Under the pieces are notes generated by a model. The model saw nothing but the letters and a program-made list of their open reading frames with translations. It did not search any database and was not told where the DNA came from. Positions 57,446 through 64,000 of a stretch of 64,000 nt of DNA are shown here, one piece after another. Within the stretch, counting starts at the first letter, position 1, and the number at the start of each line of letters is the position of its first letter. The stretch lies in the NCBI GenBank assembly GCA_050117845.1, contig JASFLY010000003.1, positions 32,001-96,000 of the forward strand, given 5' to 3'. The stretch comes from Candidatus Zixiibacteriota bacterium (lineage in GTDB: Bacteria; RBG-13-66-14; B26-G2; WVWN01). The translations under genes were made by a program, and so were the position numbers.

Positions 57446-58321
57446 GTGGAAGTCGTAGTCTCAGCTCGTGAAATGCAATCGACGGCGGAAAGTATTCGCC
57501 GTGAAAACTTAACGCTCGGCCTCGTCCCCACGATGGGGTACTTCCACGAGGGCCACCTCTCGCTGATGCGGCGGGCGCGGGCCGAGTGCGACCGCGTCGT
57601 CGTAAGCCTCTTCGTCAACCCGACGCAATTCGGGCCCGGCGAGGACCTGGCCCGCTATCCCCGCGACGAGGAGAACGATAAGCGGTTGGCCGCCGCCGCG
57701 GGCGTGGATTACATATTCATCCCCGACGAGGCGGAGATGTACCCCGAGGGTTACGCCACGTACGTCGACGTCCTCCGCATATCCACCGGCCTGTGCGGCG
57801 GTCGACGGCCCGGCCACTTCCGGGGCGTCGCGACGGTCGTGGCCAAGCTATTCAACCTCTGCCGGCCCGCGGTGGCCTACTTCGGCCGCAAGGATTACCA
57901 GCAGGCCCAGGTAATAAAGCGGCTGGCGGAGGACCTGAGCTTCGGCCTCGAGATACGGGTTCTGCCGATAATCAGGGAGGCCGACGGCCTCGCCATGTCC
58001 TCCCGCAACAAGTACCTTTCCCCCGAGGAGCGGCGCCAGGCCACCTGCCTCGTTCGGGCCCTCGCCCGGGGCCAGGAGCTTTTCGGCCGGGGGGAGTGCG
58101 ACGCCGCGAAAATCGTTCGGGAAATGACGGAGATTATTAAACGCGAGCCGGCCGCACGTGTCGATTATGTAGAGATAGTGCACCCGGAGGAACTCACGCC
58201 GGCCCCGAAGGCCGACCCGGGAACGGTCGCCGCGCTCGCCGTTTTTATCAACGAAACCAGGCTCATAGACAACACGGTATTCGGCGAAGACGATTTAAGG
58301 ATTGGTGCAACGCAATGTTGA
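57446..58321 (+). CDS. panC: Pantothenate synthetase
   Basis: [47 protein letters not shown] 57446. Confidence 0.96.
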   Translation: MEVVVSAREMQSTAESIRRENLTLGLVPTMGYFHEGHLSLMRRARAECDRVVVSLFVNPTQFGPGEDLARYPRDEENDKRLAAAAGVDYIFIPDEAEMYPEGYATYVDVLRISTGLCGGRRPGHFRGVATVVAKLFNLCRPAVAYFGRKDYQQAQVIKRLAEDLSFGLEIRVLPIIREADGLAMSSRNKYLSPEERRQATCLVRALARGQELFGRGECDAAKIVREMTEIIKREPAARVDYVEIVHPEELTPAPKADPGTVAALAVFINETRLIDNTVFGEDDLRIGATQC

Positions 58322-58650
58322 GGCGCTTTCTCATAGGGAAAATCCACCGGGCCGCGATAACCGAAACCCAACTGGGCTACGAGGGAAGCATCGGCCTGGA
58401 CGAGGAATTGATGGAAGCGGCGGGGCTCCTCCCCGGCGAGATGGTTCACGTTTTCAATATTAACACCGGCCACCGTTTCGAGACCTATACCATACCGATG
58501 CCCCGCGGCTCGAGAGAGGTCATTCTAAACGGCGCCGCGGCGCGGTTGGGCGAGGCGGGCGACCGGATTATTATCCTGGCGTACGCCCTGGCCGAAGAAC
58601 AGCCCGAAGTCAAACGCATCGAATTGGACGAAAACAACGTCATACAATAA
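58315..58650 (+). CDS. panD: Aspartate 1-decarboxylase
   Basis: KIHRA, YEG-S cleavage site, FETY, NGAAAR. Confidence 0.97.
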   Translation: MLRRFLIGKIHRAAITETQLGYEGSIGLDEELMEAAGLLPGEMVHVFNINTGHRFETYTIPMPRGSREVILNGAAARLGEAGDRIIILAYALAEEQPEVKRIELDENNVIQ

Positions 58651-58701
58651 ACTCCAACCGCGCGTGGGGGTATTGACACGCTTCTTTATTCGGACAATAG
58701 T

Positions 58702-61248
58702 TTGCGGCGGCGCGCGTGCGCGCGCCTGCTTTTCGCGTTGTTAATCCCGGCCTTGCTCGCCGGGAGCGCGGCCGCCGTGACCGAAGAGGAAGCCTTCGCG
58801 CTGGGCCGGAAGATGTTCAACCGCGGCTTGTATAAAGCGGCCTACCGTGACTTCGACGACTACCTGAACCAAAATCCGGCCGGCGAATGGGCCGACGAGG
58901 CCCAGTTTTATCTGGGCCGTTCCCTGCAAGAGATGGGAAGCTACAACGAGGCCGTCGCGGAATACCGGCGAGTCGTCAACAACTACCCCACATCGCCCTT
59001 CGTCGCCCGGGCGCTCATAAACAAAGCCGCGTGCTACGGGGCCCTGGGCCTCCAGGACGAATCGATAACGACGTACCGTCGCGCCCTGGCCGCGGCGACG
59101 GACGGCGACGACCTGGTGCGGGCTTACCTCGAGTTGGGGGAAACGTACTTCGCCGTCGGCGATACCGGCCTGGCGGTTGAAACCTACGAGGAATCGCTCG
59201 GCAAATTCCCCCACGCAGCCACCGCCGGGACCGTCCACTTTCGGTTGGCCCTCCTGTACTACCTGGAAGGCGAACCCGCCGAAAGTGCGCGGCACTTCGA
59301 GGCCGCGGCCCTGTCCGAAAACGTAGACGGCGCCGGCGTGAATGCCGCGTACGGGGAAAGCCTGCTCGCCGCCGGCGACGCCGCCGGGGCTTCCGCCGCG
59401 TTCGAGGCCGCCCTGGCCCAGGCCCCCGAATACGATAGGAACCGGCCCAACCTCTCCCGGGCGGTGGCGTACGTGGCGGGCGGTGATGGGGCCCGGGGCG
59501 CGAATGTCCTGCGGGAAATACTCTCGGCCGACGACGCCCCGGCCGATCCGCCGACGGAAGCGGAAGCCCGGTACGTTCTGGCGTTCGCGCTGCTCGAGAA
59601 CGGCCACCGGGAAGACGCCCGGGAGGAGTTCCTGGAACTCGTGCGCCGCCATCCCGGAAGCGAGTACACGCCCTCGGCCAAGATGTGGGTAGGCAGGTTG
59701 GCCCTGGAAAGCGGCGACGTGAACGGCGCCGCCGCCTTCTTCGGCGATCTGGCCCGCGCCGACGACTCCCTGGCGTACGAGGCCCGGTACTGGCTGGGGT
59801 GGTGCCACTTCGTCGCCGGGGACTTCTCTTTGGCCCGCGACACCTTCGTGGCACTCGCCGGGGACAACGCGGACCCGGCCCTCACGCCGTACGCCCGTTA
59901 CTGGGCCGCGGAAGCGGCGACCCGCGCCGGCAACACGCCGGAGGCCAGGGATATGTTGGCCGCGTTCGTAGACCGTTATCCCGAGCACGCGCTGGCCGAC
60001 AACGCGCTCTTCCGCCTGGGCAAACTGTACCTCGCCGCCGGCCAGGCCGGGAACGGCCGCGACACGTTGGCGGCGCTCTCGGGCCGCTTTCCGGAACGGG
60101 ACCTCGCGGACGACGCGGCCTATCTCTACGCCGTGAGTTTCCTGGAGGACAAGAACTTCGGCGGCGCCGGCACGGCGTTCTGGGCGCTCGCCCGGAACTT
60201 CCCGGAGAGCGCGTACGCCCCCCGCGGCCTCTACGACCTGGCCAAGGGGCAATTCGGCGAACACGACTTCGGCGATGCCGCCGCCACACTTACGGCGCTC
60301 CTCGACCGCTACCCCGACGCCTACCTTGCCGACGACGCCACGTTCATGCTCGGGGAATGTTATCTCAATTCGCGTGATTACGAACGGGCGAAAGACACGT
60401 ACGGGGGACTGGTCGAGAAATTTCCCTCCTCCCCCCGTGCCGACGAGGCCCGGTACGAGATAGAGCTTTGCAACTTTAAACAGGGAAAATATACGTCGCA
60501 AATTGAACTAGCCAAATCCTACATCGCCATGTATCCGCAGAGCCGCCTCAACGGCGAGCTCCTCATCCTTTTGGGCGAGTATTATTATCACCGACGGGAT
60601 TTCGACCAGGCCGAAAAATACCTCGCCGCCGTTCTCGAAGTCCAGGCGGACGCCGAGGCGCAGGTGACCTCGCGCATGAAACTGGCGGAGGTTTACCTGG
60701 CCCGGGGCGAGGTGTCGAAGGCGATAGCGCAATACTTCGCCGCGGCGGAAGCGGCTCCCGACGAGGAAACGGCGGCGGCGGCGCTATACGAAGCGGCGGA
60801 TATCTACGAACGCGCGGGCGACAAGAGCGCCGCTATCGAGACCTACCGCATGGTCGTGGACCGCGCCACGGGCGAACGCGGCTCGGCGAAAGCCCAGTTT
60901 AAAATCGGCGAAAACCTGCGCGCCGTCAAACTCTACAAGGAATCAAACGGGGCGCTCGGCAAGCTGGTGCGCGACTGGCCCGAATCGGAATACCACGCCC
61001 GGGCGGAGCTTTATCTGGGCCTCAACCTCCTCGACCTGGGTGTCGGCGAGGAAGCGGCCGCACATCTCAGCGCAGCAGCGGCCGGCGGGAACCGGGCGGT
61101 TGCGGTACAAGCGTATTATTACCTCGGCGTGGCCCAACGGGACTACGGCGACGAGGCCGCGGGCCGCGAATGTTTTAAAAAGGTACTCGCGAATTACCGG
61201 GACTTCCCGGATTGGGTTCGCAAAGCACGGGCGGAACTGAGTCGATGA
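58702..61248 (+). CDS. Large exported TPR protein (CpoB/BamD-like repeats)
   Basis: Signal peptide; many (Y/F)P.S..A..A...LG repeats. Confidence 0.88.
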   Translation: MRRRACARLLFALLIPALLAGSAAAVTEEEAFALGRKMFNRGLYKAAYRDFDDYLNQNPAGEWADEAQFYLGRSLQEMGSYNEAVAEYRRVVNNYPTSPFVARALINKAACYGALGLQDESITTYRRALAAATDGDDLVRAYLELGETYFAVGDTGLAVETYEESLGKFPHAATAGTVHFRLALLYYLEGEPAESARHFEAAALSENVDGAGVNAAYGESLLAAGDAAGASAAFEAALAQAPEYDRNRPNLSRAVAYVAGGDGARGANVLREILSADDAPADPPTEAEARYVLAFALLENGHREDAREEFLELVRRHPGSEYTPSAKMWVGRLALESGDVNGAAAFFGDLARADDSLAYEARYWLGWCHFVAGDFSLARDTFVALAGDNADPALTPYARYWAAEAATRAGNTPEARDMLAAFVDRYPEHALADNALFRLGKLYLAAGQAGNGRDTLAALSGRFPERDLADDAAYLYAVSFLEDKNFGGAGTAFWALARNFPESAYAPRGLYDLAKGQFGEHDFGDAAATLTALLDRYPDAYLADDATFMLGECYLNSRDYERAKDTYGGLVEKFPSSPRADEARYEIELCNFKQGKYTSQIELAKSYIAMYPQSRLNGELLILLGEYYYHRRDFDQAEKYLAAVLEVQADAEAQVTSRMKLAEVYLARGEVSKAIAQYFAAAEAAPDEETAAAALYEAADIYERAGDKSAAIETYRMVVDRATGERGSAKAQFKIGENLRAVKLYKESNGALGKLVRDWPESEYHARAELYLGLNLLDLGVGEEAAAHLSAAAAGGNRAVAVQAYYYLGVAQRDYGDEAAGRECFKKVLANYRDFPDWVRKARAELSR

Positions 61249-62852
61249 CGCGGCCGTTTTACATGGCGTTAATAATCCTCGCGGCTTACGCCGCGCCGGC
61301 CCCCGCCGCGTCGCCGTTCGATTTCGACGACGCGGATCTGAAAGCGGCCTGGGAAGAGAGCGCGGCCAGCTTCGTCACTCCCACGTTCGACGATTACGTC
61401 GGCGCCCGCGCAGAGGCTTTCTGGGACGAGATCCCGGAGTTGTTCGACGGCGGGGCCTTGCCGGCCGCTTCGGCCGAAGACCTCTCCGCCCTCGGCAATA
61501 AGGGCGACGATAACGATTCCCGCTTCTTCACCGAAATCGACGCCGGCGGCGGTTCCGCCGGACGACTGGACGTCGCCGCCTTCCAGGGTTGGGAAATAAA
61601 ATTCCTCGACGCCGCGGTCTCGTTCCGCGAGCGCCGCGACCGCAGCGGCGACGGCTGGTACAACAACTCGTCCACCCGCGCCGACGCCGAGGTCGCCTTC
61701 TCCGACCAGGCCGGGACGACGGTGGGCTTCGCCGGCAATTACGAGGGTTCCGGCGAGAAACTCCGCCGGGATGATTCGGAACTCGTGGGTGAAGCGGGCG
61801 ACAATTCCGCCCGAAGCGGCGAAGTCTCGGCAGGATTCCGTAGCAATCTGTGGGGCAAAGCCAAAATCGCGACGAAGGTTTCCGCGACTTTCTCGGAAGG
61901 GGACTTCTCGGACACCCGGGCCGTCGACCAGGTTATAACCGCCGACTCGAGTTACGACTTCTTCTGGGTGGGCGACAACCTCGCCCGGGGCCTCTTCTCC
62001 CTCAGTCAGGAGAACTACGAGATAGACGGCGAGGAACAGGGCTTCCTATTCGGCCGCCTGACGCTCGAAAACGATATCCCCATCGCGAACCGTCTTTACC
62101 TCTCGGGCGGTTTCGGCGGGTACCTCCTTCGCGACGATACGCCCCATTTCCGCTTCTACCCGCGGGGCCGACTCCTCCTCCGCTTGACGCCGACCTGGGG
62201 CTACTTCGTAAACTACCGCCCCGGCCTCCAGCTCCCGGATTTCCGGGAACTCTACATGCGAACGGACTACACCGTTCCCACGGCGTTCCGGCCGGCCGAG
62301 GACGAATACTTCAGCGTCCGCACCGGCGTGAATTACCACTTCCGCGACTTCGGCCACATCACCGGCGCGGTCTACGAACAGCGCTTCCGCCGTTCGTACG
62401 CGGTCGCGGACGCCTATTTCGCGGGCGCGCAATACTTCGACCCCGGCAAGGTTATTCTGCGCGGCGCCGACATGTTCTACCGTCTGACGGTCTCCCGTTT
62501 CGAGCATTACGGCGGGTTCGACTACAAGGACGCGGACCTACGCGATAATCCCGCCCACCATTTCCCGTATATGGCGACTTACGGCGGCGAGGCGGGCTTT
62601 ACGGTCAATATCGGCGGCGGCCATCGCGCTTCCGCGGGCGTCCGTTACGTCGGCGAGAGATACGCCCGGCCCACGGCCTCGGAGCCCCTCGCCCCGGCCT
62701 GGGTGCCCGGCGCTAACGTCGTCATTCGAATGCATCCCGGCATTTCCGTCACGGCCGCGGCGGAGAACTTAACGGACGAGATTTATTACGTTCCCGGCGG
62801 CATCGTCGCCCCCGGCCGCGCTTTTACCCTGGGCCTAAACCTAATTCTGTGA
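61245..62852 (+). CDS. Putative outer-membrane beta-barrel with TonB-dependent-receptor-like C-terminus
   Basis: ATG overlaps the TPR stop; signal peptide; YVGERY, ENLTD..Y, PGR.F.LG. Confidence 0.7.
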   Translation: MTRPFYMALIILAAYAAPAPAASPFDFDDADLKAAWEESAASFVTPTFDDYVGARAEAFWDEIPELFDGGALPAASAEDLSALGNKGDDNDSRFFTEIDAGGGSAGRLDVAAFQGWEIKFLDAAVSFRERRDRSGDGWYNNSSTRADAEVAFSDQAGTTVGFAGNYEGSGEKLRRDDSELVGEAGDNSARSGEVSAGFRSNLWGKAKIATKVSATFSEGDFSDTRAVDQVITADSSYDFFWVGDNLARGLFSLSQENYEIDGEEQGFLFGRLTLENDIPIANRLYLSGGFGGYLLRDDTPHFRFYPRGRLLLRLTPTWGYFVNYRPGLQLPDFRELYMRTDYTVPTAFRPAEDEYFSVRTGVNYHFRDFGHITGAVYEQRFRRSYAVADAYFAGAQYFDPGKVILRGADMFYRLTVSRFEHYGGFDYKDADLRDNPAHHFPYMATYGGEAGFTVNIGGGHRASAGVRYVGERYARPTASEPLAPAWVPGANVVIRMHPGISVTAAAENLTDEIYYVPGGIVAPGRAFTLGLNLIL

Positions 62853-62859
62853 GTAGGAT

Positions 62860-64000
62860 ATGACCTCGAAAGACGAAACCGTAAAAGAACTGACGCCTCG
62901 GCAAATCGTCGACGAGTTGAATGAATACGTCGTCGGCCAGGACGCGGCCAAGAAAGCGGTCGCGATAGCCCTCCGGAACCGCTGGCGCCGGCGCCAGTTG
63001 TCCCCCGAAATCGCCGAGGACATCGCCCCCAAGAACATCATTATGATAGGCCGAACGGGCGTCGGTAAAACCGAAATCGCCCGCCGCCTGGCCCGTCTGG
63101 CCAACGCGCCCTTCGTCAAGGTCGAGGCGTCGAAATTCACGGAGGTCGGGTACGTCGGCCGGGACGTGGACGCGATCATCCGCGACCTCGCCGACGTGGC
63201 CGTCGCCGCGGTCCGCGAGGAACTAATGGCCGAGGTGGAAGAGAAAGCCGCCGCCCAGGCCGAGGAGCGTCTGTTGGACGTCCTCCTGCCCCCGCCGCCG
63301 CCCGCGCCGATGAAAACGAGCGCCCCGGAAAGCCCCAAGGCCGAAGCGGCGGCAAGCACGACCGCCATCCCCGCCGGCCCCTCGGCCGAACTGGAAAAGA
63401 AGAACGAAGAGGAACGCCGCAAGTACGAACGCGCCCGGGCCGTCATGCGGGAAAAACTGCGGCGGGGAGAACTGAACGACCGCATCGTCGAAATCGACGT
63501 CGAGGCCAAGATATCCTCCACCGTTGAGGTCTTCACCGGCCAGGGCTTCGAGGAAATGGACATGAACCTGGGTGAACTCTTCAATCAGTTCATGCCCAAG
63601 AAAACCGCCACCCGGAAGGTTACGGCGGCCGAAGCCCTCGACCTATTGACCGACGAGGAGGCCGCCAAGCTGGTCGACATGGACAAGGCGGTCAACATGG
63701 GCCTGGACAGGATGGAGCAGTCCGGCATCGTGTTCCTGGACGAACTCGATAAAATAGTGGGGCCGAAATCGGCGGTGGGGCCGGACGTTTCCCGGGAGGG
63801 CGTGCAACGGGACCTCCTGCCCATCGTCGAAGGGTCGTCGGTAAACACCAAATACGGCATGGTCCGGACGGATCACGTGCTGTTCATCGCGGCGGGAGCT
63901 TTCCACATCGCGAAGCCGTCGGAGCTCATACCCGAACTCCAGGGCCGCTTCCCGATTCGCGTGGAACTCAAGAGCCTGACGGCCGACGACTTTTATAAGA
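62860..64000 (+). CDS. hslU: HslUV protease ATPase subunit; 3' end outside window
   Basis: Manual translation: LTPRQIV..VVGQ..AKKAVAIALRNRWRR, PKNIIMIGRTGVGKTEIARR, VEASKFTEVGYVGRDV, LDELDK, SREGVQRD, PELQGRFPIRVEL. Confidence 0.96.
   Translation, partial: MTSKDETVKELTPRQIVDELNEYVVGQDAAKKAVAIALRNRWRRRQLSPEIAEDIAPKNIIMIGRTGVGKTEIARRLARLANAPFVKVEASKFTEVGYVGRDVDAIIRDLADVAVAAVREELMAEVEEKAAAQAEERLLDVLLPPPPPAPMKTSAPESPKAEAAASTTAIPAGPSAELEKKNEEERRKYERARAVMREKLRRGELNDRIVEIDVEAKISSTVEVFTGQGFEEMDMNLGELFNQFMPKKTATRKVTAAEALDLLTDEEAAKLVDMDKAVNMGLDRMEQSGIVFLDELDKIVGPKSAVGPDVSREGVQRDLLPIVEGSSVNTKYGMVRTDHVLFIAAGAFHIAKPSELIPELQGRFPIRVELKSLTADDFYK

Overview
GC-rich bacterial chromosomal window, most likely from a diderm, since it encodes predicted outer-membrane beta-barrels, lipoproteins and periplasmic TPR proteins; the lineage cannot be fixed from sequence alone. 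It is mostly housekeeping: sppA (partial), smpB, amidase, rmuC, murI, rph, tgt, queA, yicC, obgE-rpmA-rplU, dtd, cca, acpS, pdxJ, thiDN, argS, rsfS, rqcH, folK-panBCD and hslU (partial). I saw no rRNA, tRNA, CRISPR array, transposase or phage gene. The standout is an 11-subunit complex I-like operon (nuoABCDHI-JK-L-MN, no nuoEFG) interrupted by seven co-oriented non-nuo genes. Four of these are a lower-GC tandem array of ~176-codon paralogs between nuoI and nuoJ that resemble V4R/H-NOX-fold small-ligand sensor domains. One paralog has an in-frame TAA, one sits in frame behind its neighbour's TAG with no canonical start, three have an SD-like sequence 6 nt before a conserved ATC, and a relic of a fifth copy remains. 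Other points are a beta-barrel-SppA fusion, an archaeal-type ThiD-ThiN fusion, a His/Cys-type (RfbH/ColD-like) sugar dehydratase, tandem GT-C paralogs, an SxxS thioredoxin-TPR lipoprotein, a candidate sRNA, and a lipoprotein+LysM pair behind a consensus promoter. All family calls are by-eye motif recognition, not database searches.
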